Positions 51,633-59,998 of a stretch of 63,423 nt of DNA are shown here, in pieces. Source of the DNA: a virus (lineage: Duplodnaviria > Caudoviricetes); IMG/VR virus record IMGVR_UViG_3300032665_000026, positions 1 to 63,423 of that record; one strand, written 5' to 3'. The first letter of the stretch is position 1, and every line of letters begins with the position of its first letter. The translations under genes and the position numbers were made by a program. Under the pieces are notes generated by a model that had not been told where the DNA came from, searched no databases, and saw only the letters and a list, made by a program, of their open reading frames with translations.

Positions 51633-52328
51633 CTATCCTTCTATGACAGTCTGATTTAAGTTGGCGTTCTTGCCACTTAGTATACCAGCATCGTACCCGT
51701 TAATAGAAGTTAACTTATCTGATTGTCTGGATTTCTTTTTACCAACACTTTGAAAATAATCTTCGATAGCATGCTGCTTATCTCGGACTACTAGCTCCAC
51801 TGATGTACCAATAATTTCATTATCCTTAATGACTTTGGCCTTAGATTCTTTGATACGTTCACTAATAGTAACAGCATACCCTGCAAAGAAACTCTTTGTC
51901 CAAGCTTTAACTGGCAAAGTATCATTATAAATAGCCTTAGCTTTTTCTAACTTAATTTTCATCTCGCTAACCATATGGGGACAAAGGATCTCGTAAAGAG
52001 TTAAGCAAAAATCAATATCGCTTTGATAACCATAGATCATGCAGTAACCATCTCCTCGCAATACCTTGCAAAAGTTATGTTTAGCAATGGAATTAAGTAG
52101 CACACTCTTATCAATAAGATATGGTTTATTTACTTCAATCCTTGATGAAGTAATGCCACCAGAACCCACATGGTTATTAAGCTGAGCTTCCTCAATCTGG
52201 TATTGCGTAATGAGCTCCTGAGCAAGTGATTGAGCTGCTGCTACTTCTCCAGGGTGATTACTACTCTCCGCTAAGCGTAAGATTTTTTGTACCCTAGAAA
52301 TAATATCAGTAAGTTTGCTTACCATCAT
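51633..52328 (-). CDS. DUF2786-domain protein
   Basis: RVQKILRLAESSNHPGEVAAAQSLAQELITQY; SFFAGYA; GYDAG. Confidence 0.8.
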   Translation of the reverse strand: MMVSKLTDIISRVQKILRLAESSNHPGEVAAAQSLAQELITQYQIEEAQLNNHVGSGGITSSRIEVNKPYLIDKSVLLNSIAKHNFCKVLRGDGYCMIYGYQSDIDFCLTLYEILCPHMVSEMKIKLEKAKAIYNDTLPVKAWTKSFFAGYAVTISERIKESKAKVIKDNEIIGTSVELVVRDKQHAIEDYFQSVGKKKSRQSDKLTSINGYDAGILSGKNANLNQTVIEG

Positions 52329-52344
52329 TGTTCCTTCCTTGTTA

Positions 52345-52407
52345 TAGTCTAGCCATCATCGGCGGAGAGACGACTAATCCTCTCCGTACACCTCCCGGTG
52401 TTTCGGC
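52345..52407 (-). ncRNA. Type II hammerhead ribozyme, variant core
   Basis: GCC GAAA CACC-GGGA-GGTG TA CGGAGAG-loop-CTCTCCG CCGATGA T GGC; loop TAGTC pairs with 3' GACTA. Confidence 0.75.
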
Positions 52408-52411
52408 AATT

Positions 52412-52657
52412 CTAACTTAACAGCTTATTAATGCTTTTGATGTGGATATTCATGTTACTTATCTGCTCTTCCATAGCTTTCAAAGCACATTCGTACAGAG
52501 CTAAAGCTGCCTCATAGACTGATATGTTAAGGCTTCCCTTGTGATTGTTATAGATCTCAAAACCCTCTAACAATTCAGTGAAGCATTTACTTACTTCGTC
52601 TAATTGATTGACCATAGACTGTACTTGCGAAATTTTGTCTTCGCCAATTACTTGCAT
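52412..52657 (-). CDS. Hypothetical protein
   Basis: In-strand ORF. Confidence 0.55.
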   Translation of the reverse strand: MQVIGEDKISQVQSMVNQLDEVSKCFTELLEGFEIYNNHKGSLNISVYEAALALYECALKAMEEQISNMNIHIKSINKLLS

Positions 52658-52675
52658 TATATGCCTTACTCTTAT

Positions 52676-52969
52676 TTAATATTCTCCATCGTACTCGTAT
52701 GAGTCGATGTATTCATATGAAGCGTCAAATGTTACTTCTTCCTCCTTTCCTGTTTTAGGGCAGATATAATAGAATGTACCTTCTCCATCACCCCAGCTAC
52801 CGCTAGTTACCCAACCACCGCTATATATACTCCCACTGCGATTGTGTGAGTAACAAGTCATAGTGATGCCTTCGATACCAGTATGTGGTTCACCACAAGG
52901 GCATTCTACATCTCTAGTAGCTTCCTCTTCAATCGGTTCTGGTTCATCATCTGGTTCGTAATATCCCAT
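52676..52969 (-). CDS. Hypothetical acidic protein
   Basis: AAGGAG SD. Confidence 0.6.
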   Translation of the reverse strand: MGYYEPDDEPEPIEEEATRDVECPCGEPHTGIEGITMTCYSHNRSGSIYSGGWVTSGSWGDGEGTFYYICPKTGKEEEVTFDASYEYIDSYEYDGEY

Positions 52970-53021
52970 TGTTTCTCCTTTATTTTTATTGTTATATGTG
53001 AAATGCGAGGAGTTAGCTTCC

Positions 53022-53144
53022 TTATAGGAAGTCTACTAGATCTCCATCAAAGCCGTAGCTTTCAAGCTCACGATACATAGAAACAGGGCTAATTTTCCCA
53101 TTGTACATGTCGCTTACTAGTTCTTCTACCTGTTCATCATCCAT
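53022..53144 (-). CDS. 40-aa hypothetical protein (below track cutoff)
   Basis: AAGGA SD; MDDEQVEELVSDMYNGKISPVSMYRELESYGFDGDLVDFL. Confidence 0.55.
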   Translation of the reverse strand: MDDEQVEELVSDMYNGKISPVSMYRELESYGFDGDLVDFL

Positions 53145-53158
53145 GATGTATCCTTTAT

Positions 53159-53220
53159 TTAACCTATCTCATCAGTCCATAGGCGGTCAACCCTATGAAT
53201 ACGCCTCCCGGCGTTTCGAT
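53159..53220 (-). ncRNA. Type II hammerhead ribozyme, canonical core
   Basis: ATC GAAA CGCC-GGGA-GGCG TA TTCATAGG-GTTGACCG-CCTATGGA CTGATGA GAT; loop TTGACC pairs with 3' GGTTAA. Confidence 0.9.
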
Positions 53221-54871
53221 TCATTAATTAATACTCAGCACAGCCACAGTCATAGCCATTGGCAAAATTGCTGCAGCAGTAACTTACTTGCACTACTTGT
53301 CCAGAGGCATTGCGCATATAACCATCTGGTAATGTATCATCATATACATCTGAATCAAATTGGATTGTGTAAGTCATAGCTTACATCTCCTTAACTATTA
53401 GTTCAATTACTCTGTCGAGAGTATCCGATTGACCGCACTTATAGGGATCATCTCCCAACTCAAACGGATAAAACTTCATGATCTTTTCGATCAGCTCATT
53501 TTTATTCATGACACTTCTTTCCAGTTGTTGTTGTTTAATTGATCTAATGTGTCTTGGAACTCGTACAATATATCCCTCTCAGTCTCACCAGTTTCTGTGA
53601 AAGGATCAGCAAATACCCACTCGTTTAAGTTAGGTACAAAAACGTTCTTACCTTTATCAAAACGGGCAAGAGTTGTTTCCCAATCTATGTACCAACCTTT
53701 ACTCTCAGACCACGTTACCACGTAATGATATTCCATTATACTTATTCTCCTACTTCTGTATCTGTCAAGAAACCGTAGACACGTTTAAGATTATGGATAG
53801 CACGTTCTACGCTGCCATCTTTCTCTGAATCATTGATAGCCCATTTAGTTAGGCTAATTGCTGCCTCTAGTGTCTCTGGATCCATTACTCTTCCTCCTTG
53901 TTTCCGGTTACTGTGTAACCTTTCTCTACTACGAACCAATCGTCGTTCCAACCGTCAATCCAGTCGGGGCTTGATTCATCTGGCTCAGGGTGGTTGACGT
54001 ACAACCAACCCCACCCTTCCTCAAAACTATCAAACTCAATACCATCAAACAGGATGTTGTTCATCCAGTCGCGGATAAGGTACTTACTCATTGTTTCCTC
54101 CTAAGTATGTGTGCAACATGAACTACAGTCACCACAGTCACCACAACGACCATCACGACTAGCTAATTCATATTCTCTACCACAGGTGTCACACTCACCC
54201 ATCTCACTACATATGGGGCATAAACCATTGCAATGCTGACAATAGTTTTCATATACAGTAGGTCCATGATCACATGGTTCACATATCATAACTTACTCCT
54301 TACTTGATTGGGAACTCATTGAGGAATGTTTCAAAGACTGATGCCCGAGCTTTGTCCAGCTCATTGTTTAACTCATCGAGATCATCTTGATCTAAATCAG
54401 TGAAATCAATCTCTTCAAACCATTCTTCTAGGTTATCTTTAGTTACTTCATCCATTATACTCCCCAGCATTCATCACATGTACCATCATCACATTCGTCA
54501 CATGGGTGCTTTAATGGAGTATCTAACTCCATACCGCATGTTAAACAAATAGGATATTTCTTACTCACTATGCTTCCTCTCCTGTGTTTACGATAGCCCA
54601 ATCATCCCAATCGATGTTGTCCCACCAGAAGTCAGACTCTAATTGCTTATCTATCAGTTGCTGACCATCCAACCACTGATTTAGTTTCTCGGTTGCTTCT
54701 TCGGGGCTGCTTGCTACAACAGCAACGTCCATAGAAACTTTTGTGTAATACTCTTTCATTGCTTACTCCTCTAACATATTTATTACTTCATTGAGCTGTT
54801 CACATCGATCCAACAATTTAGCAATAACTTTCATTGCTTCTGCTAAGTTAGTTGGAGTCTCGATGCCATAA

Positions 54872-55141
54872 TCAAACAGTAACATCATACTTGCTACCTT
54901 TCTTTGGCATTCCTTTGACTGCCCTACGCTGTAGCTGTGTCATACCACCGAAGATACCAACGACCACGTTGTTATCAATGGCGTACTTTAGGCATTCCTG
55001 TTGCACTATGCAATTGTCACAGTATACCTTAGCTGCATCCATCTTTATTTTTATTTCTCTTGGTAACATTCTACCTTCAAAGAAAAACACATCAGTGTCT
55101 ACACCGATGCAATTGGCATCATCACGCCAGTTCTGATTCAT
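54872..55141 (-). CDS. whiB: Second WhiB-family transcription factor
   Basis: WRDDANC...FF...CDNCIVQQECLKYA...GIFGGMT...RR. Confidence 0.92.
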   Translation of the reverse strand: MNQNWRDDANCIGVDTDVFFFEGRMLPREIKIKMDAAKVYCDNCIVQQECLKYAIDNNVVVGIFGGMTQLQRRAVKGMPKKGSKYDVTV

Positions 55142-55310
55142 TTTATCTCCTCTACCTCATCTACTTCCATTTCATGACCATCGATGAGGAATGCATGGCC
55201 GTTTGCCCACACATCTTCTGCCCATGCTTCAGGAGTATAGCCCTTAGGCATGTCTTCTTCGGTGAATTCATAATAGTATTCAACCGTAGCAATGGCTGTA
55301 TACTTTTTCA

Positions 55311-55700
55311 TCATACCCCCTTAAATAAACTGATGAATTCATCAAACGTCACTGGATCAGTTGCAGTCCACTTGATAGTTTCTTGGTAGTGTTCTATGCT
55401 GATGTCTGAGTAATCAACTTCTTTAATCACAACAGTCCTATCTACATGGTTAACTACAACAATACGCCATACGTCATCATGCTCTGATAGACCAATGCCA
55501 TAGCCAGTTTCACCCATTACTTCACCGAAAATCATCTCTGAGAAGATGATACGGTTGAGATACTCATCATCACCCCAACGACCTTTCCCACGCCCTAGAG
55601 CATTAGCTACAGTCATAGGAAGATAATCAGCACCCCAATGGGTATACAAAAACACTGAACCCTCAGCACTAACCAATTCTACCTGTCCACGGTCTCCCAT
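55311..55700 (-). CDS. Hypothetical phage protein
   Basis: MGDRGQV...FLYTHWG...RWGDDEYLNRII. Confidence 0.65.
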   Translation of the reverse strand: MGDRGQVELVSAEGSVFLYTHWGADYLPMTVANALGRGKGRWGDDEYLNRIIFSEMIFGEVMGETGYGIGLSEHDDVWRIVVVNHVDRTVVIKEVDYSDISIEHYQETIKWTATDPVTFDEFISLFKGV

Positions 55701-55737
55701 GTTATTCTCCTTGCTTGTTTAACCTCATTATGAGGAG

Positions 55738-55788
55738 CACCCTAAGCTAGATTCGAACTAGCATACATCACCACCAATTGGCTAGGGA
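55738..55788 (-). ncRNA. Mini tRNA-like element 1 (acceptor stem plus T arm)
   Basis: TCCCTAG-CCAATTGGTGGTGATGTAT-GCTAG-TTCGAAT-CTAGC-TTAGGGT-G. Confidence 0.7.
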
Positions 55789-55796
55789 TACCTTAA

Positions 55797-56345
55797 CTAC
55801 CAGCTACTTACGTAATAAACGTCGTGACCTTTATTAATTGCTTCTCGTGCTTCCAAGATAAGTTCCAGGTCTTCATTGTAGTAATATGAATCTGAATTCT
55901 CACCAAAGAAAAATCCTGAAGTTGAAGGTAATGTACCAAGGCGTACATGCATTTCTAACTGGTCCAAGTCACCAACATTTAACCTCAACGGTTGGTTGTT
56001 AAAGATTCGAGACTTGTGTAAATTAGCAGCCATCGAAGCATACTGCTCTTGTCGAATGATAGCTTTCATAGCTTCTTCAGATGTTACCATCTCAAGCATC
56101 TCTGGGGTAACTTCTGACTTATCGACTACACCAACCATGTGAGCAACAACTTCAGTAAGAAACCTTTTATCTCCTTCAAAGCCTTGCGCGTTTGCTTTGC
56201 TATTGAATAGATCTTCCATCCATCCTTCAAGGTTGGGGTGCTTACGACGATAAGCTAACTCAAATGTATCAGCATCTTCTGAGTACATAAAGTCAGTGTT
56301 ATCTTCATGACGTTCAACCATGAATACGTACTGGTCTAAACCCAT
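55797..56345 (-). CDS. Hypothetical phage protein
   Basis: MGLDQY...RKHPNLEGWM...GFFFG...VYYVSSW. Confidence 0.7.
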   Translation of the reverse strand: MGLDQYVFMVERHEDNTDFMYSEDADTFELAYRRKHPNLEGWMEDLFNSKANAQGFEGDKRFLTEVVAHMVGVVDKSEVTPEMLEMVTSEEAMKAIIRQEQYASMAANLHKSRIFNNQPLRLNVGDLDQLEMHVRLGTLPSTSGFFFGENSDSYYYNEDLELILEAREAINKGHDVYYVSSW

Positions 56346-56386
56346 AATCTTACTCCTTGTTTAACTTACTATTCCCTACTTGGGAG

Positions 56387-56434
56387 CGTCCTAAGATGGG
56401 ATCGAACCATCATACATCATCACCAGATTAGGAC
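56387..56434 (-). ncRNA. Mini tRNA-like element 2 (acceptor stem plus T arm)
   Basis: GTCCTAA-TCTGGTGATGATGTAT-GATGG-TTCGATC-CCATC-TTAGGAC-G. Confidence 0.75.
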
Positions 56435-56441
56435 CACCTTA

Positions 56442-56849
56442 CTACTCTACATCAGGGAACAACGACCTAAGGTAACTACCATCTAAGATAGAAGACGTTG
56501 CTGCTTTTGCTGCTTCAATGATTTCTGCAGCTTTTTCTAGGCTATCAATCGCTAGAGTGTTGCCTTCATCATCAATGCCACCAGTGATAATGATATCACC
56601 GACAATCATATCAGTCATGCCATACTCGTGAATCCATAGAGCAGTCCCGAATACGTTCATGCGTGGGTTCTCAACGAGCTTTCCTTCGTCATCGATCCAC
56701 AGATCAATACCGAGTGAATCGATACTTACGCATTGGATCAAGCCACCACCAGTGGCTGCTTTCAGTTGCTTGTATGAATTTGCCTCATCAAAGTCAACGA
56801 TTGCAATCTCATTGGTAGCTGCATCAGAAGTGATTGCATACTTTCCCAT
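56442..56849 (-). CDS. DUF3846-like protein
   Basis: GGLIQCV...LWIDDEGKL...N...IVGDIIITG. Confidence 0.75.
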   Translation of the reverse strand: MGKYAITSDAATNEIAIVDFDEANSYKQLKAATGGGLIQCVSIDSLGIDLWIDDEGKLVENPRMNVFGTALWIHEYGMTDMIVGDIIITGGIDDEGNTLAIDSLEKAAEIIEAAKAATSSILDGSYLRSLFPDVE

Positions 56850-56881
56850 TATATTCCCCTTACTTGTTTGGTTTATTTGAG

Positions 56882-56910
56882 TGGGCAGTTTAATGACATA
56901 CCCAGGTCAT
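56882..56910 (-). ncRNA. H-type pseudoknot motif, copy 2
   Basis: ATGAC-CTGGGTAT-GTCAT-TAAAC-TGCCCA. Confidence 0.8.
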
Positions 56911-56920
56911 ACTAACTTAA

Positions 56921-57634
56921 CTACTTAGGGAAAACAATTTCAATTTGCTTACCATTAATAGTAATGAACTGCGGTGCAGCAGGTACATCTGGTTCTACTG
57001 GTGCTACTGATACAGGTTCTAACACTGGATTAATTGCTTCAATAACGTCTCCGATACTATCAAACATCATACTAAAGCCTGGAATATCTGCTTTGTCTCC
57101 ACCGAAATCCCATGCGCTTGTGTCAATGGTGAATGAGGTATCAATCATTGGTTCGGGTTCTACTTCTGCTACAACAGTAGTTGGTGCATCTTCAGTAACA
57201 CTGGAGGTAGTTTCAACCGTTGTAGGAATAGTAGAATATACCATACCTAGATCTGACTTCTCTTTCCAAACACCATCGATTGAGATGCAAGGATTCAAGA
57301 CAATGCCAGTCTTACCAACCTCGTACGATAGACCAAGCATACGGTAGAGAAAGTACTTACGCGCAATATCTCGATTAGTCTCAGTCTGTGCCATTTGTAG
57401 CATCGTAGCGATATTTGCCTTAGCATCTTGGTGAGTTGCATAGAACATACGCCCAATGATAGTACGTGCTCGTCCAGTTTCTTCATCGTTCTTAGAACAA
57501 CGAATATCTACTCGGGAGAAACTTGTTGGTGTCTCCTTAGTAACAGTGAACGCTAGGTCAACTATGTCGCGAGTACGACTAGAATTCCAGCACTTACCAT
57601 CTGGTTTTGGTACCCAGATAAGTTCGTTAGTCAT
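56921..57634 (-). CDS. Hypothetical protein
   Basis: 237 aa in-strand ORF. Confidence 0.6.
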   Translation of the reverse strand: MTNELIWVPKPDGKCWNSSRTRDIVDLAFTVTKETPTSFSRVDIRCSKNDEETGRARTIIGRMFYATHQDAKANIATMLQMAQTETNRDIARKYFLYRMLGLSYEVGKTGIVLNPCISIDGVWKEKSDLGMVYSTIPTTVETTSSVTEDAPTTVVAEVEPEPMIDTSFTIDTSAWDFGGDKADIPGFSMMFDSIGDVIEAINPVLEPVSVAPVEPDVPAAPQFITINGKQIEIVFPK

Positions 57635-57662
57635 CTTACTAGTTCCTTCCTTACTTGTTTAT

Positions 57663-57722
57663 TTGACCTCTTCATTCAGCCGGTGGTGGTCAATCCACCG
57701 AGAGTCCTCCCGGACTTTCTGT
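57663..57722 (-). ncRNA. Type II hammerhead-like ribozyme, divergent core
   Basis: GAAA GTCC-GGGA-GGAC TC TCGGTGG-ATTGACCA-CCACCGG CTGAATGA; TTGACC/GGTCAA pseudoknot; stem II weak. Confidence 0.65.
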
Positions 57723-57732
57723 TCTTATTACT

Positions 57733-57915
57733 TTAATCTTTAACTCTTGGTGTGCAAAGGCCATCCATAATGAGTCCTTCTGCCATGCGACCGTAATGAC
57801 CTTGAAGACTCCAAGCCATTCCAGTGTCAATCAAGTACTGAAACAGTTCAATTGTTTCCTCTCCATTCAAACTGCCCTGTTCGTAGTCAATAATATTAGA
57901 TAGTGTATCGTACAT
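57733..57915 (-). CDS. Small hypothetical phage protein
   Basis: IIDYEQG...LFQYLIDTGMAWSLQGHYGR. Confidence 0.7.
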   Translation of the reverse strand: MYDTLSNIIDYEQGSLNGEETIELFQYLIDTGMAWSLQGHYGRMAEGLIMDGLCTPRVKD

Positions 57916-57939
57916 AATTCTCCTTTTTATTTTATTGTT

Positions 57940-58362
57940 TTACAACGGGTAACCAGAAATACTGCGGATATAACTACTAGGGCCAACAGGCTCTGGTGCT
58001 TTAGCGCTTTCATAACAGCTTAATTGCTCAATGAACCAAGCTTCTGCTTCAACTGATCTTTTACCATACAGCAATCTTGCACTGAATAATAGAGCATCAA
58101 CAAAGTTTTTAGCAAGATAAGAGCTTTGAAACTCTCGTACAAATAATACTTTATTTGCTACTTTCTTACCATCATCCCGCTTACGAACGATAAGCCTTGC
58201 ATTCTTATTAACAATGCCGTATTGAGAACCAGCTTCTAACGTAAAAGATAGATCTACATTATGATTGTATAGCCACCATTTTCTTTCAGGATGTGTTTTG
58301 GCAGTCCAAACAACATCATCATCATTCTTCCTTAGACGCCAATGCAATTCACGACTAATCAT
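57940..58362 (-). CDS. Hypothetical protein
   Basis: In-strand ORF with ATGA overlap. Confidence 0.55.
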   Translation of the reverse strand: MISRELHWRLRKNDDDVVWTAKTHPERKWWLYNHNVDLSFTLEAGSQYGIVNKNARLIVRKRDDGKKVANKVLFVREFQSSYLAKNFVDALLFSARLLYGKRSVEAEAWFIEQLSCYESAKAPEPVGPSSYIRSISGYPL

Positions 58363-58580
58363 GATTCTCCTTGCTTAACAAACTTATTAACAAGTTTGCC
58401 CATGTCTTCTGAGCTTGGAACCTCTTCCGAACTAACATCGAATACAGCTGCCTTTTGACTCTTGGCAAACTCTTCGACCATTAGCTTGAAATAAGCACCG
58501 AATGATTCCATTTGATCAGGATCATCGAACTCAACTTCGATAGTAAGGTTAGGACCTACTTGAGTACCTTTAATCTGCAT
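58359..58580 (-). CDS. Hypothetical protein
   Basis: AAACAAGGAG leader. Confidence 0.6.
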   Translation of the reverse strand: MQIKGTQVGPNLTIEVEFDDPDQMESFGAYFKLMVEEFAKSQKAAVFDVSSEEVPSSEDMGKLVNKFVKQGES

Positions 58581-58608
58581 AGCTATTCTCCTTGTTTAGT
58601 TATTTATG

Positions 58609-58636
58609 TGGGCACTTTATCGTCATACCCAGGACG
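58609..58636 (-). ncRNA. H-type pseudoknot motif, copy 3
   Basis: CGTC-CTGGGTAT-GACG-ATAAAG-TGCCCA. Confidence 0.8.
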
Positions 58637-58747
58637 CCATACACTCGTGTAACACACAGGTAGTAGGCTAACCTACATGAGCTGCTCCTCATGCTGAGTC
58701 TGTGTTGCATCACATCGCGTCGCGGTCCATGCGATACACAAGAAAGG

Positions 58748-58774
58748 GGGCAGTTTTTCTGTCATACCCAGGAC
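58748..58774 (-). ncRNA. H-type pseudoknot motif, copy 4
   Basis: GTC-CTGGGTAT-GAC-AGAAAAAC-TGCCC. Confidence 0.75.
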
Positions 58775-59667
58775 GCAACGATTACTCTACCTTCCAACCG
58801 ATAAGCTGGCTTCTTACGCTCCGCCGCGTGTGTTCTTTCCGGCATCCACTACTTCCGATATGAGCTTCCCCTCATACTGAGTGTGTTATCAAACTAATCG
58901 TGTCTCTGTCCCTGTCATCAACTTCATGAGCTTGTCCTAACAACCATAGCTTAATTACAACAGGGCCTATGTACACAACGAAGCATACATAGGCTTGAGC
59001 TTTATTCCAGACGCTGTGCTCAAAGCGCCCCTAGTTCCTTTGTATCATACCAACTAGGAAGTATTATTGAGCTAACGGATCAAACCGGCTACATTGAGGC
59101 AGTAGCTTCCCTTCTATTAAGTAGGCTTCTGATTACCTCCATACGCTTCCCCGTATGGTGAGGATGGCAGTTGCAGATGCCAGCTGGGACGGTTTATACT
59201 CACCGTGAGTAGCACCCATACCAACCATGACAGCTGGTATGGGTTCATCCGTTAAGAGTGGATGGGTTGGCTAGGTTTAAGGAGAGCCTACGTTCCTGTG
59301 CAAACTTCCCCCTGCACTGAGAGGTTTGTTTGGTAGTACCCGTCTACCAGCTTTCAGTTCTTTAACTGAATAAGCCATGAAAGCAACCGCCTCTCCTACT
59401 CACGGCATAGCCCAGGCCAGGGTTTTAATGACAACCCTCCACATCATGATGCTTTTAACGTGATCCAAACACGTCTATTGAGCTAACCCCACACACACAC
59501 GTTGTTTGTGAAATGCGTGGAGTTAGCTCCTTAGAGCTGATAGCTTCCTCAAGAAACCCAGAGGAGCTATGGAGATGCCACAACAAGAAGGAAAAGCACT
59601 CTCCATAACCCCTCTCAATTGCTTGAGCGAAGTATATGTCGAGCTTATCATCCTTGCCGACGTTATG

Positions 59668-59988
59668 CTATGATCCCAGAAGAACCTTAGCTTTTGCTAG
59701 GGCAGTTTCGAATCCAGCAATACTATCGAGAGCATAGACGCCACTGAGCTTGAGAGCGATCTCAATTTCCTCAACGACATCGACAAGTCCTTTAGCTACC
59801 GTTTGGTAGATGATGACTTTGTTCTCGAGAGCAGCGATCTGTTCTTTGGACAGATCAACCAGTTTGTCGACATTGATGAGAAGATCGACAAGTATCAGGG
59901 AATATTCCCTTAGCTTATCGATGTCCTCAGCAACGTTGATCTTGGATTGAATCTCTTCAACCCGTGCCTGGATACCAGTAGTGTTCAT
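59668..59988 (-). CDS. Hypothetical coiled-coil protein (start 59988)
   Basis: AAGGAG SD before MNTTGIQARVEE. Confidence 0.6.
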   Translation of the reverse strand: MNTTGIQARVEEIQSKINVAEDIDKLREYSLILVDLLINVDKLVDLSKEQIAALENKVIIYQTVAKGLVDVVEEIEIALKLSGVYALDSIAGFETALAKAKVLLGS

Positions 59989-59998
59989 CGCTTTCTCC

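Larger units (their letters stand above)
58600..59660 (-). ncRNA. Large structured non-coding RNA (or RNA cluster)
   Basis: ~1.05 kb without an ORF of 60 aa or more; many helices with G-U pairs favouring the - strand; long-range pairings; repeated modules. Confidence 0.75.

Noticed and set aside
52995-53100. Twister-like fold suggested by short hairpins
   Set aside because: Mostly coding (40-aa ORF 53022-53144) and twister core motifs could not be placed
59491-59500. (AC)5 microsatellite
   Set aside because: Short, and explained as the GU-rich 3' arm of a hairpin in the large RNA
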